From: Trichoplax adhaerens
Taxonomy: Eukaryota; Animalia; Placozoa
Reading direction: 5' to 3'
Length of the DNA stretch: 64,000 nt
Assembly (NCBI RefSeq): GCF_000150275.1
Contig: NW_002060943.1
Location: forward strand, 3,222,444 to 3,286,443
How positions within the stretch are numbered: position 1 is the stretch's first letter; each line of letters opens with the position of its first letter. The notes beneath the pieces are model-generated. The model was not told where the DNA came from. It searched no databases and worked only from the letters and a program-made list of their open reading frames with translations. Position numbers and translations under genes: made by a program. Shown piece after piece: positions 14,702 to 26,780 of this stretch.

Positions 14702-16394
14702 GGTATTGTCCGTGCTATTACTAGAGGCCATTTTAGGACAAAGCCGTGAAATTCCTAAATGGACGCTTTAAATCCTATAGGACTCTTTATTGATGTCATT
14801 ACATGCGGTGAAAAAAGAAATGGATGCTTCCAATGATATCACTGTCATCTTTTGAATATTTTACTGATATGAAAATCTTGAATCATAATAGAAATGTATT
14901 CTGCGAGACGTAGAATACTGTATGCTAGACCATGGACGACTACAAGAAGAGTGTAGATCTTCTTTTAATAGTCCTGGCTACACTTACCACATCAACCATG
15001 TCAGTCTCATAAAGGTAAAAAACCTCTAGGCACGCAATAAGTAATACTACGTACCTATTCATACATGACCTAGAAGAGAGTTGGCATTGAATGACGATAT
15101 TGTCAAAAATAAATTAATTATAATTATCATGAATAAATTATACGTCTATAATGATTGATGATTTCATTGCCGAACTCTTTCACTTAATTTACTGTGATGT
15201 AGGGTTGATTAATCAGCGCATGTACTATTTTATATGAGCTCTGGTCAATGTACTGTTATAATTGAGTTGTCCTTAATGCGAAACAACATGGACTTAATCT
15301 AAATCGAATTGAATATATTATAAAATGTTAAGATTTCACCATCTTTATGGCATACCAATACTGTTTAGCAACGCGACTGGACGCTTATTTTTCGACTATT
15401 GTAATAGAGTTATTATGTAGTATACGCATAATTGCTCAAAATGTGTAAGTTCACGCTTATACTCAGGGCTATTCAAAGCATAGTAATTTTTTAAATCAAT
15501 CCTAAAAGTCTATAAAGCAAAGCAATAGAATAGTTGAGAGTGTTCATACAGGTAACATTTACGTAAGTGTCGTGCTAATACCGTCCATGATACCATCTTA
15601 AAGTGAGTAAACGTTGTTATCGTTTCACTAAACGATAGAAGCTCAAGCCTTTCTACTATTTTTTTTTCTCTATAGGCTTACGCTTAGAACATAAATTTAA
15701 CTCTCAATATGACCTCGATAGTGTTTAAATCTGTTTACTTGATGGCAGACCAGTAAAAATATAAATGCTGAAGAGATAATCTTGGTAAAGTGACTCAGCG
15801 TTTTAAAGACAGTGATAATCTAAATGCTGCAATCAAATAAAATTGTTCACCGGGACAAAATTTGGGAATAAAATCAATCAATCAATAACAAGTGAACTTA
15901 ATAAAAGGTAATTAGTATTGTACTTATTCGCGAAATAACTTAATAGCGGTTACCAGCTGATTATTCAAGCTCAATAGATTAATCTAATACTACTTTGAGA
16001 AAGAGCCTCATATAGCATTATGTTAAAACATTAAAACATGAAAGTAGGATACATACGAGTATATATATAATATTTTGAACTTATCAATCTATTTTGTTTA
16101 TACTGTAGATAATTACTATGGGTATTCAAACAATAACCTTAACACTGAATAGTTTAATAAACGTAAAATTACTCTTCCTTTTCTTAGTTTTCTGAAAACA
16201 GTACAATTTAGTTAATTACCTATACAGTATTCAGCGCATTATCTTTTTATCATAGACTACGCTATATGAATAGCACAGAATAAAATAAAATAAATCGATG
16301 GAAATAGATACAGGGGCATACAGTATCTTATTAACTGTGTACATATGGCACGATCCTAAAATTCACATATTGCGTTCTATATGGCGAATAATAT

Positions 16395-19193
16395 TTATAT
16401 ATTTTCCTTTTCCATATCAATGACATTCGCCAGACCAACTCTATTTCTACCTTTATCGAAAATGGTATAATAGTTTGCTAAAAATAGATCTCCTAATATC
16501 CAAACTGAATGTCTCATGCTAAGGCTATAAAGTCCGCTAATGCACAGTGTTCTTGTCTTCAGTGGAGCCTGATAAGAAAATGAGATATAACACGTTAAGT
16601 AAATATACATTTGTCACGATTTGGTAAAACTTCAATTTTCTCTACAATTTTAGTAATAAATTTACCCTCCATATGTAATGCTTTGGTAATAAAGGGAAGT
16701 CTTTTCCATTGAAGCGAAAATTAATTACTGGCAGGCTATCTACTACATTGCAATCAACTGCATACTACATGTAAAACAAAAACATTTACGTTATGGATAG
16801 GCAAATTAACTATTTTTAGCTCCTACTCATCTTTTAAAAATTGTAAACAAGTGCATGTTTCAGACAAAGCTATAAGTCTTTACGGTATTTATTCCGTAAT
16901 TATTAATCAATTTTACTTAATGCTGATATATATTTACACTTTCATATTTACCATGTTCAAATTTCGATATTTATTGTATTCTTCACTCCTGCTATCCATC
17001 AATTCATCCAAGTTAACAGCATGTATCTCTTGATGAATTCTATCCACTTGTTCTGTAGGTCCTATTATCATACTTGTGCCAGTGTCTATAATTGCCGAAC
17101 AATCACGATTGCATAATCTGACGTTGTCTCCTTCTTTTCGATCACTACTAACAGTTATTCTTTGAAAAGATTAATTTACATTGGTTATTGCGGATTAAAA
17201 ATTGGCTAAAATTCATTAGCATTATCTACATATAACTGATTTTAACTGATTGTAACTAATTTTAAACTGATTTTGTATAACTGATTTTAAAGCTTTCATG
17301 AGATCTCCAGGAATTTTGAATGATGCAAATATACTGTATGCATATAACAATACTATCAATAATGTACCACTGCAGTAGAAATCTTAGTTCCATTACTATT
17401 CGCCTGAAAATTCAACTTACAGATCGAGTTTAATTTGCCAATATGCTTGCTTGATAACTGGAATATAAGTAATTGGGCCTTCGATGTAACTTTTGTCAAT
17501 GCCACCTAAAATTAGTTCTCCACCCGGATAAGTCGACCCTCTGAATAAATTGAGTAATTAAAAAAAAATTAGCTATTCTCCATTAGTCTGATAGAGCTAT
17601 TTTTGGAAGTCTTTGATTATACGTATATAGTATAATTGAATGAATAAAATTATACCCACCGTCTAAAATAGAAAGAAAAAATTGGTTGATCAACACTTTT
17701 TTGATAGATCATGTTATCAAAAACTGTGTTGGCGTCAATTACTGATAGTTCTCGATATGCCAAGCCGACAAGACCGTCAAAGGCATGAAACCTTGTTTTG
17801 CGTCTACTATTGGACCATGACAGTTGAAAAATTTCACTGAATATTTGTTTATATACTGCTATTCCTCCAATCTATTAACGACAAAAATTGATACGTAGTT
17901 GAATAATTTTTAAATTTTATTAATATTCTTAAGAGGCTTTATCAAGCTAGTATAGAGATAGTAGGAGGAAAAATTATGTATTGAAAATTGTTGTGAATCT
18001 TAACTATAGTCATGGATTACTAGGCACTATACCAAGGTAACGTATCTGGCGGTGCATGCAATGATTTATTTGATAATTTAACCTACCGAAACGACATCTT
18101 GTCCAACGAAGCCTTTAACATCACTTATTAAGTAGCGGAAGCTTACAATATAGTTTGATGGACGAAAAGTGGTTGATGCAGAATGATTAAAAGTTTTATG
18201 TAAAGCTAGTTCATAGTAAAATAGTTTAAAAGGTGATTAATATAAGTTGTTATAACAGTAAGAACACAACATGCGAGTATGGTATTACGCAAGTTTATCA
18301 AGCACAATCTTTCCATAATAATGAGAAGTTACGGTATGTAATGAAAGCTTGTGCAATATGTATTATTTTATCTAGATATTTGAGCACTACTAAAGAAACA
18401 TTAGGTTCACGACTAACTATAGCAATCTATTTGTGAGGAATTGTTTTCATTTGATTACGGTACACATCCATACACTGAACTTACTGCAATACGAATTATG
18501 ACATTTTGATGATGGGATCCAAAAATCGGCTGAGCCGGTGTCAAAAATCACTTGAAAAGTTTGTGAAGGCGTTCCAATTGAAATTTCGCCGAAATACTGC
18601 ATCTGTCATAAATACAAGATTTAAATTTTAATTTATTTATTCGAGTAGTTATAAAATATCCCTATCTAGGAAATCTTATCACAGCTCCTATCTAAATTAC
18701 AAAAGGACTGTTATTTCTTATAGGCTAGATGTAATCGGCTTAGGAAACATTTATCGATATTTATATGTTGCAATCAAAATGCACAGTGTAGTGTCACTAA
18801 CATCCAAAAAGTTAGTTAATATCTCCCTTCCATCTCTTTTGAATTTAGAATCCTTCCTATTTTTGTCCATGATATTGTTATATCGACGCCCTATATCATC
18901 AGAATTGCGCATCGTGATCTTCTGATTGAGTTGAATCCTTCAAAAAATATAAAATATCCATTTACTAAAGATAACATGTATTTGCTAATAAAAAATAAAG
19001 AATTGCATACATAGTAAAACAATTAAGAGATTAAAAACGGTCACTGTAAAACACTTGTAAAATGGAAAAAGTTGCACTCTATGCAATCATTTATTTCAGA
19101 TTTAATGGTGTCCATTTTAATATACCTTTGAATAGCTAGTGACCTCGCTAGTAGCATACTGAAGATTACTGCCTGAATGATTTGGTAAATCAT
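16395..19193 (-). CDS. Secreted pepsin-family (A1) aspartic protease, cathepsin D/E-like
   Basis: Signal peptide [20 protein letters not shown] (ATG 19193), propeptide, LTNFLD|[31 protein letters not shown] (first DTG ~18540), [39 protein letters not shown] (second DTG ~17080), [25 protein letters not shown]. Both catalytic Asp are present. Confidence 0.93.
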
Positions 19194-20308
19194 TTTTTTT
19201 TTCAATAATTTCGCGAAATTAAGTACCGTATTCAAAATGATCAATTACTTCGTCTCTACACGGATATTTATTTAATTTTCCCTTAAGTTCGATAGACCAT
19301 GGCCAAAAAATGAAAAAATAACATGCGCGCATACCTCAATGAAAGGAATTTCACACAAGAATAAATATAACTCTTTAAAGTAGCTTGTAGTATAGAATGA
19401 AAAGATAAAACAATATTGTTATTGTTATTGGAAGGCAGTTTGTCTAAGAAGAAATCTGATATTGTTTCATTTGTCACATGTGGACAAATTAAAAAAGAAA
19501 TGAAGTAATTGTTTATTAATTATATTGAAGTATCAACAGATACTGTTGTAATTATTACAAGACTCTTTTATACCGAATGTACACTGCGGTAAATCTGCTC
19601 ATTTCTAGAATGAACAAATAACAATGCAATAAACAAATCAAACTAGATACTGCCATTCGCATGTCGATTGAGCCTGCGGTCCGAGATAGTTCATTGAAGC
19701 CTACCGCAGCTAGTTGTAGAATAGTACTATCGACATACAACTTTATTTACAATGAATGCGTTGTGAACAGTATCGCTAAACTGGAATCAAATTGTCAACA
19801 CTACTTGCAATATCAGTAAATTGAATGATTCAATTTAATGTTCATTTCTCAGGCAAAACGCAGTCGAAGTGCACTATACTCGTACCATACAGTATATTGA
19901 AATAGAAGTATGTGAATAAAGTACAAAATTGTAATTTCGGGGAGTAGAATTGCATGCTTCATACTCCGATAAATTAGTATTAATTAGTATTCAAGATTCT
20001 TTCATTTTAATTAATTATGAATGATATAATAATTATTATCCAGTATTGCCATTTGGAAACGTTATAAATAGTAATAACGATACCAATACAGTAATACTGC
20101 CATGAAAAAGAAAGATTGATTAGCAAGCGCACCCGTTTGGAGAAGGAGATGCTAATCCCATTCAGGGATCAACATCAATATAGGGCTCCCCCATATTAAT
20201 GTCTATGTATCAAATTGATGGGATCAATCAATATCAGTACACGGCTCTCTTCTCAAGTTACATGTACAGTACAATATTACGAAAATAGGGAAGCTATGTA
20301 GAGTACAT

Positions 20309-20510
20309 TAGGCCCCGTTCATAATAACCCCGATTACTTAGATACTGGGCATCAATAGCTTAAACGATAATACATTATTGTAGGAGTCTGCACTTCAAAT
20401 TGGATGCGATTCTTCCAAGAGTAAGACGTTGCACCAACGCAATGAAAGTTAGGAACAACCGACGACAACTATTGAGTTATTGGTAATAGGGGTTACTATG
20501 AACGAGCCTA
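20309..20510. mobile_element. Non-autonomous DNA transposon (MITE), ~202 bp, with ~30-bp imperfect TIRs
   Basis: Left end TAGGCCCCGTTCATAATAACCCCGATTAC; right end reverse-complemented TAGGCTCGTTCATAGTAACCCCTATTAC. Flanked by the direct repeat ATGTAGAGTACAT (20296-20308 and 20511-20523). Confidence 0.75.
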
Positions 20511-20519
20511 ATGTAGAGT

Positions 20520-21190
20520 ACATGTATGCAGTATGTACAGTATACAGTACAGTATACTGTTTGTACTGTAATGTACTGTAGGGAAATGGTATGCAGTACT
20601 GTATATTGATATTGATCCGTATTAATTAAGTCAAGGTGCAAAACCTTATAGCGACTATACTTCTTAAAAGTCCCTGTTTCACATCAACCGTGGATTTGTA
20701 ATATCGAATATCACAGACTGATGAAATTTCTTCAAATCGGGGACTCTGCCGTGGAGGTAAGAGAAAGAACCTCCTCTTTGTCGAATACCATAATGATCCA
20801 GAATCAAATTTTGCGCGCTGAAAAGTTGTTGCTTTGTTACAGTACTCAGTACTGTACAGTACTGTACTGCTGCGCAGTGTTCTGGTCAGACCCTTGGAAA
20901 CTGTGTGTACAGTATAGTACTTTGCAAGAATGCTTTTACTATTTTTGTATTGTACAGTACTGTACCACAGTAGAGACTGTACAAATGTACTGTAGAGTAC
21001 AGTGTACAGTACTCAGAGTTGGAACACACTTTTGAACTTGAGCTGTACTGTACTGTACAGTACAGTACAGTACTGGACACACTGTACTGTACTGTACTGT
21101 ACAGTATTGTACCGTACAGTACGATTGACTGCATCCTGTAAAACTGTACTGTAGCATCTTGCCTACAGTAGTTGGTAACGGTACAGTCCC
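20520..21190. repeat. Patchy TACTG/CAGTA pentamer mosaic repeat
   Basis: Dense gtact/gtaca/cagta units in both orientations, densest at 20840-21150. It generates the spurious YCTV/VQYS ORFs in the track. Confidence 0.9.
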
Positions 21191-23119
21191 ACTGGCAGAG
21201 TGGTATTTGCTAGCATTTCTTGGTGATTCGATGAAACACGTCTTATTACAGTCTTCTTTCTATCAAAGCTGCACCGCTGTGGACAACAAAAACAGCAAGA
21301 CTAGGAAATAAAAAAGTACGGTACGTATATATATTTAATCGTCGACGGTGTACGGTAGTTATTATGAAAAACATTCAAGCAATTTGGACTTGATTGTACT
21401 GTATACATCAAGTCTTGCAAAAAGTTTTGTCTCTTGTTAGTCGGACTGTACAAAGTTGCATTTTAATTTTGCTTCATTCGTATGTAGTAAGAGTGCCTTC
21501 AACGATGACAGTATTCGTCTACTGTGAGTTAAAATCGATCTCTTACAAAAGTATGTACAATACATACTCTACTGTACTATACAGTACACTTGACGAGTGA
21601 CTGATAGGAGTCTATGTTCTTCTATCAGCATTATCAAATTGTCCCCATCCCGGAGGGAATGATTTTACTCATCCTGCTTTCCCCGTACCCCTTTTTTTTT
21701 CACGTCAATGCTTTCCCAGTATAGTATTTGCTCATTGATTTAAAGTGACGATACTGCTAGTCCCGATAAAGCGTTTCCACGTACGCTACGTCCTTTCCGA
21801 GTCAATGCATATAAGAGAGGCTCCGAGGAGCCTCTATGAAAAGCATCTCACTAAAAATGGAAGTGCATTATTGTCAATCAATCCATTCACTTCGTCCATT
21901 CCAAGTGGAATTTTCAAAGATCTCTCCAAGCTGTCATTTTGACCTTGCATTCCTTTCATTAGTATTGCTCAATCAGTGGGCATGAGTCATTGGAGAAGTT
22001 ATTTCGAAGATGAAATCAACGATTTTGGCGGTGGATAAGTTTAGAATTTGAAATCGCGCTTGAACTATAGCTATGCAGTGACAGTATAGTGTCCAATGTT
22101 AGTATACGGTACAGTGTACAGTAGTGACAAGTTGACGTCCGTTTTGCCGTAGATGAGCCATAACAAAGCTGACACTACCAGTGCTTCATTCTGCAAACAA
22201 AGGCATTCCAGTTTTGGCGCTGGAAAGCACCTTGCGCATACTACGCAGAAGCAGAAGGAACCGCATTGAAAACGCCAAATGAATGCGACCAATCAGCGCT
22301 GTCCTACAGTCACATGATAGCGTCGCCTATTGTCTGCATCGAGATACGTCGATAGATATCAGATTGTACTTCATACGCGTGTTGTGTAGACTGAAGGCCA
22401 CAGTGTGCTGTCTTGAGTGATTTTTTCCTTGCTGAGTTTGACTTCTGCCACAGTATTTTTCTTGCTCAGGTTAGGACTGTAACATGTATCTTAAGTTCAA
22501 TATCTACAATCCGCTTCCAAATGTCTTTTTGTTATCCTTCCATTTTCAATTACTCCACAAAGATGGCAATCACTATTTTCATTTTGTCTGGCAACATCGT
22601 TTTCTCCTTTTTCTTAAACGCTTAACTTTCAAATTTCTTTTGTGAATCCGCTTTGCTAACCGATTGACAATAGGCAATGTTGGCGCTCTTTTTTTTACGG
22701 TACTGCTATCGCAAGTCCAGTAACTCAGTCAAATTCTATCTAGATAGGGATAGTTTCAGTAGAGATTGAATGGGGGGGGGGGGGAACGATGTCATTTTGC
22801 GAGCTGTATTTTAAAACTATGTATGCATAGATCGTAGTGGTATTCCTTAGTATTTTATGATGGTGTTTCTCAAAAGATGAAGAGTTTTTTTATCCAACTT
22901 GTACAGTAGTGATACCATTATATGAGCACGCTAAGAATGATTTCACCCTATGTCTGTTCTAGTCAACATGAATACGAATTGAATTTCCTTGATTTAAAAC
23001 AGTAAATCAATAGGATTGGTTGTAATGAATGGATCATCTTCTTCCTTTTTTAGGCTATCGAATAGTTGCCAAATAATATTATTCTATCGCAAGCTGATTC
23101 CACATAGAGTTGAGATAAG

Positions 23120-23851
23120 ATGATCGAAGAAGAAGTAACTCTTACTCACGAAAAAACCAGAACAGTTGGTACCGTCAGAAAACGACAATTTCGATTTTCT
23201 GCCAAAGATGATATCACCTTGTTGACGCAAGTCTTAGCATACAATCCATACTCTGTCAATTACAAGGAAATTGGCAATACTTGGCATGCTGTTGCCAATG
23301 GCGTCCGTGAAAATGGATTGGATATCGATGCTACCCGATGTAAGCGCAGAACTGATTTACTATTAACCTACTATAAAGAAGGTAATACGGAACATTTAAG
23401 AAAGAATGCTAATGAGGGTGAATATCAGGAGAAGGAAAATCTTTTAAGTCAATTAGCTGCTGCTAAAGTTGAGTCCGAAGAACCAACTGTTACGCCAAAA
23501 AGGAGCAAAAAGAGAAAGAACAACAACTCTGAAAGCGTGGCCACATTGCCTTTACTTGATGCTGGATCTTTTACAGTACGCAATACACATGATATTAGTC
23601 ACCTAGGTAATAAGAAACAATTGGTAGACCTAGGCAGTGTCGATTGTGGCAGCTTGCTAGAATTTTTGAATAAGAAGATAGATGTTGAAGCAGAATCGAG
23701 ACGCGTCGAAATGCAAAATTTGAAAGAACGCTTAGAATTTGACAGGGAACGATGGAATGTGGAACGAGAAGACATTAGGATGCTGGTTCAACAGAATCAG
23801 CTGCTGCTACAACATTTGATCAACACCATTAAAACAGGTCAAGATGTATAA
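23120..23851 (+). CDS. Myb/SANT-like (trihelix/MADF-type) DNA-binding protein with C-terminal coiled coil, single coding exon
   Basis: 243-aa ORF. RFSAKDDITLLTQVLAYNPY...W..VANGV...DATRCKRRTDLLLTYYK fits the Myb/SANT-like fold; basic NLS-like PKRSKKRK; E/R-rich coiled coil. A polypyrimidine acceptor just upstream (~23053) suggests a spliced 5' UTR. Confidence 0.8.
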   Translation: MIEEEVTLTHEKTRTVGTVRKRQFRFSAKDDITLLTQVLAYNPYSVNYKEIGNTWHAVANGVRENGLDIDATRCKRRTDLLLTYYKEGNTEHLRKNANEGEYQEKENLLSQLAAAKVESEEPTVTPKRSKKRKNNNSESVATLPLLDAGSFTVRNTHDISHLGNKKQLVDLGSVDCGSLLEFLNKKIDVEAESRRVEMQNLKERLEFDRERWNVEREDIRMLVQQNQLLLQHLINTIKTGQDV

Positions 23852-26780
23852 AATAGCGCAGTAATTTACTAGTTAATTATCGATGCGATCCCGGCTCTTG
23901 ACGTTTTAAATCGCAAATTTTTCTCATAATGTAACCGATCCTGCCTATGCTAGCGAAATAGGCACTTGCATGTCAAAGCATCTTATACCGTAACACAGTA
24001 TTGGTAGACAGCGCTCGTTCATGACTATTATTATAATACCATACCGCAACAAGTACCCAATTCGAAACAGATTAGAATTTATTCTTATCAAATTTAAGCT
24101 GACTGGTTGAAAAGTGATCTTTGTTCAGAAACTGTACTCGTATTTATAAAATTACTATTTCTATGCAGTGTACAATACTGATACATTGTCGTAAATTTAA
24201 AACCTTCATTGCTATCTACTTGTACTAGTACTGTATTTGATGATATGTGATTAATTACTGTATTGCAGTGCATAGGGAACAATTTGTTGCACTGATTATT
24301 CTGCAATGCATTTTATTTGCTCCCTTAAAGTATAGTACTAGCATAATAGTAGGGATGCTTGAGTGATACATTCTTGGAGCTAAAGGTGTTTATTCCCATT
24401 TTCTGTCAACCCGAAAATTCATATTACATGAGCATCTGTTATAACTTGCGCATTATTACTGGACTACTGTAGTATCTTAAATGTGTAGCTCTTCAAGAAT
24501 AATTTTTCACTAACATCAATCTTTAAAACTTCTTATTAGACGTCCATTAACTATCATTACTAACACCAGAATAACTTTTATTCAATCAAAAAATAGATGA
24601 TGAGTAAATCATTGAAGAGAAAAGCTGCAGAAGTACGCATACTCTCCTTCTTAAGACTGTGATGTCCAAATATCACTCATTCTGTACGTGTTAGATCGCC
24701 GTGTTATACTGTTGTTTATTTCTCATTTGCTATGTTGTACTATACGGTACAGTATTATATTTTACCATTCCTAATTTTAGATCTTCTTAATATTATTATT
24801 CTGTAATTTAACGGATTTATCACTTGTACTTCGTGAATATTTATCAGCATTCACGACTGTAATTTCAATTAAAGATGACTCTTAAGTGAGTTATAGCTTA
24901 ACGTAATTACGTGTTAATATTTTATATCCCGGATTAATTAAATGAAGTAGTACTGTACTTTAGTGCTGTTACAAAATTACTATAAAGTACCTGTTGACCC
25001 TAGTGCAGCTAGCAGTACTTTATACGCTAAACCTCATTCTAAGTTAAAAAATTAGCATTACAACGGATATTAAGTTGGATAATGTAGCCAAGGATTGATG
25101 GTTAGGTTTAGCTGTTTCAAGATGCAATTAAGTTTTCTAAATATGTCATGGAGTAGCAGTTTTTGCTACTATGAAACGGTAACCAGTAGTAGATGAATGC
25201 AGAGCCGCTAGACTCAAGTTGAATCCCGCATAATGTGTGCTCTGTGTAGCCTGTTGTATTCGCGATTTACAGTTAGATTTTTAGCAGATCGCTATATGTT
25301 GTTACGTATACGGTGGAAACATTCACTTTTATTTCTCCGATAATTATCTGTAGTAACCACAGTAAGAAAGTTGTAAACTGTTAGATACAACAAAAATAAT
25401 TGAGTCGACGTCAATAACTAACTTTCAGTATTGCAATGGTGCAATGCACAATACGTAATTAATTAAAATAGAGCTTGAAAATTAAAAACACGGCAGTAGA
25501 TAATTCTCGTATGATTTCATCTTTAACTTTTGCGGTATGATATCAGCTGTTATTATTGAAAAGCCATAGTAAAATTGTGCCTCTGGCTAGGGTTAGTGCT
25601 TACGTTTCGTAAAATTATAAATCTCGTCTAGTAATGCTGTAATTATAACAATTAAATTTATGCATGTAAACACGGCAGATTTCAGCAAATGTTAAATGTT
25701 TAATGAACAGCTAGCGATATGATATGTGATAAGTAACAAGTCCTGTAATGCAGATTTATGAATTATGACTGCTGCTAAATAAAAACTACGAGAATAAGCT
25801 TGGTCTTGATTGTGACGTCATTTCTCGATGGTATTCCAGACTGTAGTTACTTTTACCTTAGTCTTTATTTAATATTATTATTCGTTGTTTCATTCAATGT
25901 TATCGGATACTTTAAAGTAAAATTTTGTTTTGCAATGTGCAGCATACGTACAGTATGTCGTAGTTGTTAACCTAATACAATTGTGTGATATAAGCGTAAA
26001 TTAATTCTCCAGCCATTGATTGTTTGTTATCTTTGGACCAGAATTAGAATGTGTACTTTTTGCAACCATTAAAACTGATCAATTAACCCGTACATCATAA
26101 TGTCATGAATGTATACCGCCACCACTGTGTACAGAAGCGTAGTTAGTCAGTAAGATCTGTACTACAGTAATATACCCCTACAGAATAAAGTCATCACATT
26201 TCCCAGGTCACTTACTAGCTGTGCTTTACCGTGCATACAAAATAGTATTCAGTGCATTTAAACAGTTAAAAACGTACGGGGTAAACTTGGATTATGAAGA
26301 TGATTAGCTAGAAAGCAATAGCATACGTATTCGAGTTCTATCTTCAGAAAATTAGGGTGCATTGTTTTGCATAAAGTACCTTCTTAGTGTGAGTGAAATC
26401 GAGTGAGTTACGCTGCAAAATGCTTGCATGATCCAATTTTATGAACTAAAATCTATTGGCTGCTGACACACTCGTATATATTAGTGGGCATCATAAATTA
26501 ACTAAAATAACGACGGCATTAGTAATTAGAAAAGTAGGTAACAATATATCCCTAACTACTCGTATATCAGAGTTCAAGTAATGATGCCAAATGTGATGAT
26601 CATGATCGTTCGTACACATATAAGCAGAATCTGTTATGGATATGAATAATAAAAATAAATAACTGCCACATTTTAATTAAGTTGCAAGTAACACATCCCA
26701 ATACAGTACAAATGATGTTTCGGCACCTCATACTTCTCATTACAGTAAATTGTTTGTGGGACTATAGTAATTTCAATATC

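Noticed and set aside
20620-21960. Possible small spliced minus-strand gene interleaved with the pentamer repeats
   Set aside because: Acceptor-like sites and short open frames exist, but I could not build a phase-consistent model or recognise a domain.
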